A stretch of DNA of 5,688 nucleotides from a virus. Lineage: Duplodnaviria > Heunggongvirae > Uroviricota > Caudoviricetes. Below the pieces are notes generated by a model. That model saw nothing but the letters and a program-made list of their open reading frames with translations. It was not told the origin of the DNA and searched no databases. The DNA is taken from the IMG/VR virus record IMGVR_UViG_2675903578_000012. One strand, 5' to 3'. Shown piece by piece: positions 1 through 5,688 of the stretch (position 1 is the stretch's first letter; every line of letters begins with the position of its first letter). A program made the position numbers and the translations under genes.

Positions 1-35
1 GAACAGGAGGGACAGCTGATAGAAACAGAAGCCAC
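1..35 (-). CDS. insA: IS1 InsA, N-terminal 11 codons only (partial, runs off the window)
   Basis: Minus-strand GTG at 35..33 is followed by GCT TCT GTT TCT ATC AGC TGT CCC TCC TGT, giving (M)ASVSISCPSC, the known InsA N-terminus. The rest of the gene lies outside the window. Confidence 0.7.
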   Translation of the reverse strand, partial: MASVSISCPSC

Positions 36-90
36 TGGAGCACCTCAAAAACACCATCATACACTAAATCAGTAAGTTGGCAGCATCACC
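1..90 (-). mobile_element. IS1 insertion sequence, left end only (terminal inverted repeat plus insA 5' region); element continues beyond the window start
   Basis: The reverse complement of 1..90 reads GGTGATGCTGCCAACTTACTGATTTAGTGTATGATGGTGTTTTTGAGGTGCTCCAGTGGCTTCTGTTTCTATCAGCTGTCCCTCCTGTTC. I recognise this as the canonical first ~90 bp of IS1, with the terminal inverted repeat GGTGATGCTGCCAACTTACTGAT at window 68..90. Identity stops at position 91/92. Recognition is from memory of the IS1 sequence, not a database search. Confidence 0.85.
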
Positions 91-91
91 C

Positions 92-202
92 CGCCACAGA
101 ACAATTATTGCTTTTGCCGTTGATGACAATAAAGTTTTTATCGCAGGCGTATACCACGGTGGGCAAATCTATGAAACCGATTTTTTATCCAGTGCACCGT
201 AA
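92..202 (+). pseudogene. 3' remnant of a RelE/ParE-superfamily-like toxin gene, apparently truncated by the IS1 insertion (36 codons plus TAA)
   Basis: The frame starting at 92 translates to RHRTIIAFAVDDNKVFIAGVYHGGQIYETDFLSSAP, with TAA at 200..202. The pattern (basic, hydrophobic run, V-D-D-x-K-V-F-I-x-x-V-x-H) resembles the C-terminal strand/His region of RelE/StbE/YoeB-type toxins. There is no start codon: the frame runs into the IS1 end at 90 and meets a stop inside IS1 at 65..67. The family call is by eye and tentative. Confidence 0.3.
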
Positions 203-242
203 AACCCCCATCCTTCAGGGCGTGGCGGATATCAAACTTTGG

Positions 243-1325
243 TCATTTTCTCTGGCTGATCTTTACCGGATAACCATCCCGAAGATCAATTAAGTGCTCC
301 GGTTCAGAAGCAAACCATGCATAAGATCCCCACGCCAATTCTGGTATTGCCTTTTTAAAAGGCAGAGCACTTCTGTCCATAAATGCCGTAAGGAATGCAA
401 GATTTTTCTCGCTGAACCCAGCGTCAATAGCCAAATGAGTGAGAGTAACTTTTCGTTCCCTGTTTATAGGCCCATCTGTCGCAACTACTTCAGTGAAAAC
501 TACAAGCATGTCCGAACCCGTTCGGTCCTCTCCCAAATCAATCAAAATAATATCTGGAAGTGCTTTTGAGGCATCAATATTCAGCCCCAATGCTTTTGCC
601 AATACATCATCCTGAGCAACAACTTTATTCCCGGATTCAGACAACCAGAGCACAGTTGGATTCTTAAGAAAATTAGGAGCAAAAACTTCGATGACGGCCT
701 TAGCTATTGTACTTGACGGGCCCGGAGCTAAAGTTCTCTTCTCTCCATTTGGGAAAGTGACGACTACGGCATCAGCAGCAATCACTGCCCCTGATTTCAA
801 TAAACGCAACCTAGCAAGAGCGGCTTTGTTCAAATGATTTTCTTGCCAGGAACTTATTGCACTCAGCAGCGAATCTCCTTCAAGCCCGGCATCAAAGAGT
901 GCTGCAAAAGAGCGATTCAAACTGTAACGAGGACGAGAGGATGTGGTGGGTATACCTTTACGCTCAACAATTGCATTGCAAGGTATTAGGCCATTTTTTA
1001 TAGTTTCATCACGTATTGGCTCACGCGTATTTTCCGCATACCATGCATCAGCAGGCCTTATCTTTTGTTTAGAGAAAGTCATCTTTACCCAGCTTTCTCT
1101 GGACGCATCATCAGTAAGAGCAGCCTGCGAATCTCCCATACTTACAACCTGGCTGGGCCTTATCCATCGCCCCAGCCCCTCAACCGCACCAGCATAAAAC
1201 ATGACAAAAATTGTTTTTGCAGCTATTTCCCGAATTAAATATCCACGATTCTCAGTCCCTTCAGGGAAAATTAATTGTAATCTTTCCCGGATAACATTCA
1301 ATGGGGGAACAACAGGCAGATTCAT
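243..1325 (-). CDS. Putative Type II restriction endonuclease (360 aa), possibly BsuBI/PstI-like; R subunit of an M-R operon
   Basis: A 1083-nt minus-strand ORF with ATG at 1325..1323 and TGA at 245..243. Its ATG overlaps the methyltransferase stop as ATGA, and a GGAG Shine-Dalgarno lies about 9 nt upstream inside the methyltransferase 3' end. The role is inferred mainly from this coupling to an N6-adenine methyltransferase; I could not pin down a clean PD-(D/E)xK motif by eye. The BsuBI/PstI family suggestion rests on recollection that this family is commonly paired with Eco57I/PstI-type methyltransferases, and is unverified. Confidence 0.6.
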   Translation of the reverse strand: MNLPVVPPLNVIRERLQLIFPEGTENRGYLIREIAAKTIFVMFYAGAVEGLGRWIRPSQVVSMGDSQAALTDDASRESWVKMTFSKQKIRPADAWYAENTREPIRDETIKNGLIPCNAIVERKGIPTTSSRPRYSLNRSFAALFDAGLEGDSLLSAISSWQENHLNKAALARLRLLKSGAVIAADAVVVTFPNGEKRTLAPGPSSTIAKAVIEVFAPNFLKNPTVLWLSESGNKVVAQDDVLAKALGLNIDASKALPDIILIDLGEDRTGSDMLVVFTEVVATDGPINRERKVTLTHLAIDAGFSEKNLAFLTAFMDRSALPFKKAIPELAWGSYAWFASEPEHLIDLRDGYPVKISQRK

Positions 1326-3217
1326 GCAATCATCACTCCATAGAAACCAGCGATAGTTCTCTCAATAATCCGTCTGTGGACGCCAGCATCAATTAACGAT
1401 TGAATCTCCATCACCTGCTCCAGAGAAGGCAACGGGATTGAATTCAATTCATAGGCCGAAACAGCAACACTTCCGCTTATACACCTGAACGCCCGATCGA
1501 CAACATGCGAATTAAGTAGCATATCAATAACATCAGGGCGAACCGCAGAGANNNNNNNNNNNNNNNNNNNNNNNNNNNNNNNNNNNNNNNNNNNNNNNNN
1601 NNNNNNNNNNNNNNNNNNNNNNNNNNNNNNNNNNNNNNNNNNNNNNNNNNNNNNNNNNNNNNNNNNNNNNNNNNNNNNNNNNNNNNNNNNNNNNNNNNNN
1701 NNNNNNNNNNNNNNNNNNNNNNNNNNNNNNNNNNNNNNNNNNNNNNNNNNNNNNNNNNNNNNNNNNNNNNNNNNNNNNNNNNNNNNNNNNNNNNNNNNNN
1801 NNNNNNNATGATTTTTTCTGTCTGCACTAAAACGAAAACCAGCTGAAGTTATTGATTCCGCCCAGACTAATGGGTAGCTATTTTTTCCTTTCGTCGTACG
1901 CAACTGCGACTTAAATCGATTCCAGACTAACTGACCTGTAGAGACTGAGTATCCCAGATCAGCTAAACGCGTAGACATCTGTTTTAATACATTAAGAAAA
2001 CAGGCATCATCTTTAACGCGTGGCAAAAGCCACGTTGCTCCACCTTTTTCTATATCAACATTACCTATTTTCTCAATTTTTGCTTTGTTCAACCCCTTAG
2101 GGACAAGTGAGGATACCTGGGCCCGAACTTTATGTTCTCCCGCCTTGAATGCTGTCAACATTGTTTCCTGGAGAACATCGTCAAAGACCCCATCCCTGTC
2201 AGTGACGAAATCAAGGGCATACGGAGTAGTTTTTTCGGTCAAAAGGGTTCGCAGCGCGGTGAAATACTGCCCACCAAGAAAAGAAGTTGGCGTAAGAAAT
2301 GCAATAACTCCTGTTTTCTCTTTAACCATGCGAACAGCTAAGTCGGTGAACAATCCATATAGATTTGCATGACCAAATAACGAACGAGAATATTTTTCTC
2401 TCGTTTTAATATCGAGAGTGACACGTCCGTAAGGCGGATTCCCTACCACAAGATCATAACCAGAAAATTTATCTTGCTGAAGCGCATCAGCAACAATAAT
2501 TGTATCTTCAGGCAATCTACGTTTTACCTTTACACATAGTGGCATTAGTACAGATTCGAGCAATACCAAACTCATCCAAGCCGCAAATGGATCGATCTCT
2601 ATCCCCTTTAAACGACGACTGATTCTCCTCAACATCCATTCAGGGGAAGACCCCTTGTCTTTTTTTAACATTCGAATGGCTACTGGTGCCAAAAATGCAC
2701 CGCCACCACACGCAGGATCAATAACCGATGCATGAGAAAAATCAACACCAGACTTTTCAGCCAGGTCCAAGAGACGCGCTACCAAAGGTGGGGGGGTATA
2801 GTAAGCCCCCAATTCCGAACGGTAAGCGGATGGCAGCATTACCGTATAAATTGACCCAATCAGATATCCAGCGTCCTCCGCCGGAAATTGAGCAATAAGC
2901 TCACCTGTTCGTTCAGCGAGCTCGCGTGCATCACATGGAATGTCTTCTATGTAAACAGTGTGCGGTACTGCCCTCATTTTAATGCTGCTTTTTTGCTTTT
3001 TTGCAAGGGTATCCCAATATGCAGCTACGATGCTGAAGCAGTATGAGCGGGCATGCATCAACCTTGACTGCCCGGTTTTGTAATTGCCCGCATAACCTTT
3101 GGCCATGGCTTTACAAGTTTGATATCTTTCCAGATTAGAAAACTCATTATCTGTAAAAAAATCAAAATGTTGCACATTCATAATGTAAAATCCTAATGTA
3201 TCAAACATGCGGGCCAT
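1322..3217 (-). CDS. N6-adenine DNA methyltransferase, gamma class (Eco57I/PstI/TaqI-like); M subunit; CDS spans an assembly gap, so true length is unknown
   Basis: The translated ORF contains GAYYTPPPLV (motif X-like), IDPACGGGAFL (motif I, SAM binding) and VVGNPPYGR (motif IV, the NPPY catalytic motif of amino-methyltransferases). The order X, I, IV followed by a C-terminal target-recognition region defines the gamma class. The start is ambiguous: ATG at 3217 is the longest with a weak RBS, ATG at 3208 is an alternative, and ATG at 3187 has an AGGA about 9 nt upstream. The stop TGA at 1324..1322 overlaps the R start. The frame across the N run cannot be verified. Confidence 0.8.
   Translation of the reverse strand: MARMFDTLGFYIMNVQHFDFFTDNEFSNLERYQTCKAMAKGYAGNYKTGQSRLMHARSYCFSIVAAYWDTLAKKQKSSIKMRAVPHTVYIEDIPCDARELAERTGELIAQFPAEDAGYLIGSIYTVMLPSAYRSELGAYYTPPPLVARLLDLAEKSGVDFSHASVIDPACGGGAFLAPVAIRMLKKDKGSSPEWMLRRISRRLKGIEIDPFAAWMSLVLLESVLMPLCVKVKRRLPEDTIIVADALQQDKFSGYDLVVGNPPYGRVTLDIKTREKYSRSLFGHANLYGLFTDLAVRMVKEKTGVIAFLTPTSFLGGQYFTALRTLLTEKTTPYALDFVTDRDGVFDDVLQETMLTAFKAGEHKVRAQVSSLVPKGLNKAKIEKIGNVDIEKGGATWLLPRVKDDACFLNVLKQMSTRLADLGYSVSTGQLVWNRFKSQLRTTKGKNSYPLVWAESITSAGFRFSADRKNHXXXXXXXXXXXXXXXXXXXXXXXXXXXXXXXXXXXXXXXXXXXXXXXXXXXXXXXXXXXXXXXXXXXXXXXXXXXXXXXXXXXXXXSAVRPDVIDMLLNSHVVDRAFRCISGSVAVSAYELNSIPLPSLEQVMEIQSLIDAGVHRRIIERTIAGFYGVMIA
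1552..1807. other. Assembly gap (256 N) inside the methyltransferase C-terminal / target-recognition region
   Basis: An uninterrupted run of n from 1552 to 1807. The X runs in the ORF track, and the minus-strand ORF 1477..1827, are artefacts of translating through it. Confidence 0.99.
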
Positions 3218-3431
3218 AACATCTCATGGTGGCGCATAGCAAACTGGCCCGAAGAATATCACGCACCAAGTCGATCTCATAACCCGTTATGACAATAAAT
3301 CTTTGTAGCTGAACTCACTTGGTGATTTGTCAATCATTCCTGGCCTCCAGTTCGTCCTGAATCTCTTTATCGAGTTCACCGTATTTGTTAGTCCTCATCA
3401 CTCACGACTTGACTTCCAGAAATAACCTTGA
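3218..3431 (-). promoter_or_regulatory. About 214-bp intergenic region upstream of the R-M operon; presumed location of the methyltransferase promoter or operator
   Basis: This is the only sizeable non-coding stretch between tightly packed minus-strand genes. It contains a 7-2-7 inverted repeat, TCATAAC-CC-GTTATGA, at 3277..3292. No convincing sigma70 -35/-10 pair could be fixed by eye: a consensus TTGACA on the minus strand at 3333..3328 lacks a matching -10 at 16-19 bp spacing. Confidence 0.3.
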
Positions 3432-3788
3432 TTATTCGGGGCTATATTTTGTCACCCTGCGTATCCGCGCTTTCGCATTACGCTCAATCTGGATTAGCTT
3501 TTCTATATTTTTTCGCCTTTCCCGCTCCTCCTGGCGCAAGAGCCTTACATCATCTGCCAGTCTGGTTTCTCTTTTCGCCACAGAGAGCATCCAGTCAAAT
3601 GGCTCCACAACTGCACCGCAAATTTTACAGCGGACCTGACGCTCTTTTTCGTCAACCCGGACAGAAGCGTGATGGCAATATGGTCTTTCCGATGGCTCAT
3701 AAAGAAAATTAACCTGATTACGAGGGTTATCCTCTTTTACCGGAAATAAAACAATATTGCTTAACTCATCTTCTGGTTTTATTTCCAT
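3432..3788 (-). CDS. Hypothetical phage protein (118 aa) with a zinc-ribbon-like C-x-HH ... C-x2-C motif and a basic, coiled C-terminus
   Basis: ATG at 3788..3786 is preceded by AAGGAG with a 6-nt spacer. The protein begins MEIKPEDEL and contains PYCHHASVRVDEKERQVRCKICGAV, then an Arg/Glu-rich tail. The ORF track's longer version starts at GTG 3845, directly after the upstream stop; this is possible but the ATG has the better RBS. Stop TAA at 3434..3432. Confidence 0.6.
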   Translation of the reverse strand: MEIKPEDELSNIVLFPVKEDNPRNQVNFLYEPSERPYCHHASVRVDEKERQVRCKICGAVVEPFDWMLSVAKRETRLADDVRLLRQEERERRKNIEKLIQIERNAKARIRRVTKYSPE

Positions 3789-3845
3789 GCTCCTCTCCTT
3801 TGATGCGAATGCCAGCGGTAATTGAAGCCTGATAGCTAATTTCAC

Positions 3846-4268
3846 TCACAGTACCGCCTCCTGAAAATCACCCTGATAGAAAGCCGGTACACGCTGCATA
3901 ACTTCACTCTTCCGGCACTCGCGACAGATTATGTTCTGATGTCTGTCGTAGCGGCGTATTTCTCCGTCCGGTAATGACCAGATAAGGTCCGGATCAACCA
4001 CAGATGGTTTCTTCAGCTTTGCCCTCGAGAGTTTTTTGCGGGCGTTTTGCCAGTCCTTACGAGCCTGTTCAGACGGGAATAACCCGTAGCCAGAGTTGTA
4101 TACATCCCCACTGGCAACCAGCTCTCTGGCGAGAACGCTTATTAAATATCTTGTCGCCCCGGTTTTAGCTTCCAGTTGTCGTAACGTCTCGCGCCCACTC
4201 TGGCGTACGAGTTCAACAACCTGCCCCTTAATTTTTTCCCGCTCTTCCTGTGTAAATACTTTTGCCAT
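3846..4268 (-). CDS. Hypothetical phage protein (140 aa) with one CxxC pair near the C-terminus
   Basis: ATG at 4268..4266 (MAKVFTQEEREKIKG...) lies 15 nt downstream of the upstream gene's stop, preceded by a weak G-rich RBS (GGGGG). The TTG at 4283 used by the track is probably an over-extension. The protein contains ICRECRKS. Stop TGA at 3848..3846. Confidence 0.6.
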   Translation of the reverse strand: MAKVFTQEEREKIKGQVVELVRQSGRETLRQLEAKTGATRYLISVLARELVASGDVYNSGYGLFPSEQARKDWQNARKKLSRAKLKKPSVVDPDLIWSLPDGEIRRYDRHQNIICRECRKSEVMQRVPAFYQGDFQEAVL

Positions 4269-4283
4269 AAGCGCCCCCGGCAA

Positions 4284-5009
4284 TCACTTTTCCGACACAA
4301 TACGACCGGAGGAATCGACAATCTGTCGAACAATATCCCGGTGCTTGTTCAGCTCCCGCAACGCGGCGCAGACACGCTCCCACTTCTGGACATGACTTTT
4401 CGCCCGACGCAGTTCGCGGTTTGCCATATGCAGCGATGGTAAAACCAGGTCATCCGCTTGCGTTTCGGTGAACGATGGCAACGACTGCACAATGTCCGCC
4501 ACAGTTTCTGTTTTAATTTCTTCCTGTGTTGCAGCTTCCTGTACCGGTAACGCAACACCTGCTGGCTGAGGAAAGACTTTACCATCCGTTTCCGCTATGG
4601 ATGCGGCTTTCGGCTCTGCCGGTAAATCAGCGCCCGGTATGCAGTACCGAAATTTACCGCCCTGATTCACGCGAATCAGACGCCCTTTGCTGATTGCCAT
4701 GGCCAGCGATGAATTCGCCCGGCGGGAGGTAATCCCGAACATCAGTGCCAGCTCATCCGCCGTTTGTGGGCCATGTTGTTCAATCGCCTCAGTCAGCATT
4801 TGCGCTGTCACTTTCGGTACCGGTGACACTGGTTCACTTTCACCAGCCTGAATCAGCCACCACATCGAACCCTTGTTATCCGCTTCACCACGGCGCTTCA
4901 GTTTCCACAGTTCGTTGACCGCATCTTCACGGCTGATTCCAAGGCGGGACGCCACCACATGTGAAGAGGCTCTTTTCAGTGCTTTCAGTGCGTCAAATAC
5001 AGTTTCCAT
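4284..5009 (-). CDS. Phage hypothetical protein (241 aa), apparently two winged-helix-like modules followed by an acidic linker and a basic C-terminal helix; of the kind found just downstream of dnaC-like genes in enterobacterial lambdoid prophages
   Basis: ATG at 5009..5007 ([13 protein letters not shown]...) is preceded by GGAGG with an 8-nt spacer. The TTG at 5027 in the ORF track is an over-extension. Segments such as [20 protein letters not shown] and [23 protein letters not shown] look like HTH/wing elements; the fold call is by eye. Stop TGA at 4286..4284. Confidence 0.7.
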   Translation of the reverse strand: METVFDALKALKRASSHVVASRLGISREDAVNELWKLKRRGEADNKGSMWWLIQAGESEPVSPVPKVTAQMLTEAIEQHGPQTADELALMFGITSRRANSSLAMAISKGRLIRVNQGGKFRYCIPGADLPAEPKAASIAETDGKVFPQPAGVALPVQEAATQEEIKTETVADIVQSLPSFTETQADDLVLPSLHMANRELRRAKSHVQKWERVCAALRELNKHRDIVRQIVDSSGRIVSEK

Positions 5010-5030
5010 TAAAACATCCTCCAACAAAAA

Positions 5031-5688
5031 TTACTTCACAACTCCCGGAAAGCTGACATTTGAACGCCAGCTATCCCAGTTAAACGTCACCCACCGACAA
5101 CCGTTCATGGTCATGCGGTCCATAATCCTCTCACCAAGAAGCGTGCTCATTGCGGCATGATTCAGGTTTGTTAACATCCCGACACTGCACAGTGATGCTG
5201 TCCGGCGATCAATTATCTGGTGCAATACCACCTGCTCGTTTTTCGTCTCCCGCTGAATGCCTATTTCATCCAGGACCAGCAAATCAACCCCGCAAAGCTC
5301 CTGTAAAAATTTTTCACCGGATTTGCCGTTGTCGTAGCTGTCATGCAACACGCTCATGACATCAGACTCGGTGACGATAATCACGCTGCGCCCCTTCGCC
5401 ATCAGCCGGTTACCCATCGCCGCTGCAAGGTGATTTTTCCCGGTGCCGGTTTTACCGCTGAACACAAAATTCGTGCACCCGGTCATCAGTTCGTCAGCTA
5501 TGGATTTGGCCTGGCTCAGCGCGTATTTTTGCCCGTCGTTCTGCACCTGATAATTCGCAAACGAGCATTTGCTGTGCAGAGGCTGGATGCCCGAACGATT
5601 CAGGATTTTTTCCACCCGCAACTGGCGATTCTGGCGGTTAATCTCCTCGCTGCGTTTTCGTCCTTCAGCAAGTTGCCATTCCCGCCAC
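5031..5688 (-). CDS. DnaC-like replicative helicase loader (phage replication protein, AAA+ ATPase), 5'-partial; the N-terminus lies beyond the window end
   Basis: The protein shows Walker A FSGKTGTGKNHLAAAMG and Walker B LLVLDEIG. LNRSGIQPLHSKCSFANY closely parallels the E. coli DnaC segment FNRSGIRPLHQNCSFENY, and the C-terminus FNWDSWRS matches DnaC FNWDSYRS. The frame stays open from 5621 to 5688 (reading ...WREWQLAEGRKRSEEINRQNRQL-RVEKIL...), so the track's TTG start at 5621 is internal. Stop TAA at 5033..5031. Confidence 0.9.
   Translation of the reverse strand, partial: WREWQLAEGRKRSEEINRQNRQLRVEKILNRSGIQPLHSKCSFANYQVQNDGQKYALSQAKSIADELMTGCTNFVFSGKTGTGKNHLAAAMGNRLMAKGRSVIIVTESDVMSVLHDSYDNGKSGEKFLQELCGVDLLVLDEIGIQRETKNEQVVLHQIIDRRTASLCSVGMLTNLNHAAMSTLLGERIMDRMTMNGCRWVTFNWDSWRSNVSFPGVVK

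Noticed and set aside
108-569. Plus-strand ORFs 108..293 and 294..569 from the track
   Set aside because: 294..569 lies antisense within the restriction gene, and 108..293 is in a different frame from the toxin-like remnant and overlaps the R gene 3' end. Both have no RBS and look like shadow ORFs.
1477-1827. Minus-strand ORF 1477..1827 (116 aa, mostly X)
   Set aside because: It is an artefact of translating through the N gap in an alternative frame.
943-2372. Plus-strand ORFs 943..1197, 2085..2372 and 2132..2341
   Set aside because: They are entirely antisense to the R and M coding regions, which carry clear motifs; they are shadow ORFs.
3330-3398. 22-aa minus-strand mini-ORF (MRTNKYGELDKEIQDELEARND) in the R-M leader
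   Set aside because: It is too short to support and has only a weak GAG-type RBS. It cannot be distinguished from chance; it could be a leader peptide, but there is no evidence.
3218-3431. A controller (C) protein gene or sigma70 promoter for the R-M operon
   Set aside because: No HTH-sized ORF is present. A perfect TTGACA at 3333..3328 on the minus strand has no acceptable -10 at 16-19 bp spacing, so no promoter is called.
3385-3712. Plus-strand ORFs 3385..3639 and 3428..3712
   Set aside because: They start with TTG or lack an RBS and lie antisense to the zinc-ribbon gene, which has a strong Shine-Dalgarno; they are shadow ORFs.
4096-4585. ORFs 4096..4395 (+), 4142..4333 (-) and 4349..4585 (-)
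   Set aside because: They are alternative-frame or antisense overlaps of the two well-supported minus-strand genes, low-complexity and Arg/Ser-rich as expected from GC-rich off-frames.
3789-5027. Track start codons at 5027 (TTG), 4283 (TTG) and 3845 (GTG)
   Set aside because: Each lies at or next to the upstream gene's stop, and each has an in-frame ATG slightly downstream with a better Shine-Dalgarno. They are treated as over-extensions, though GTG 3845 remains a possible coupled start.
4873-5359. Plus-strand ORFs 4873..5160 and 5150..5359
   Set aside because: They are antisense to the DnaC-like gene and its downstream neighbour, with no supporting signals.
1-5688. CRISPR arrays, tRNA or rRNA genes, phage att sites
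   Set aside because: No spaced direct repeats or tRNA-like structure were noticed by eye. Absence is not proven without tRNAscan or CRISPR-finder-type tools.

Overview
This 5.7-kb window is a mosaic of four parts, with all real genes except one remnant on the minus strand. (1) Positions 1..90 are the terminal ~90 bp of an IS1 element in reverse orientation, continuing off the left edge. (2) Positions 92..202 hold a 36-codon 3' remnant of a RelE/ParE-like toxin ORF that runs into the IS1 end. (3) Positions 243..3217 hold an AT-rich two-gene Type II restriction-modification operon: a gamma-class N6-adenine DNA methyltransferase, interrupted by a 256-nt assembly gap, whose stop overlaps by ATGA the start of a 360-aa putative restriction endonuclease. 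(4) Positions 3432..5688 are a GC-richer prophage replication-region block: the 3' two-thirds of a DnaC-like helicase loader followed by three tightly packed hypothetical genes. No rRNA, tRNA or CRISPR was seen. The main observation is a complete R-M cassette as foreign cargo between a phage replication module and an IS1-disrupted toxin gene. I did not find a clearly novel system; the three hypothetical genes upstream of the R-M operon are the least explained part. All family assignments are from reading motifs by eye and from memory, with no searches run.
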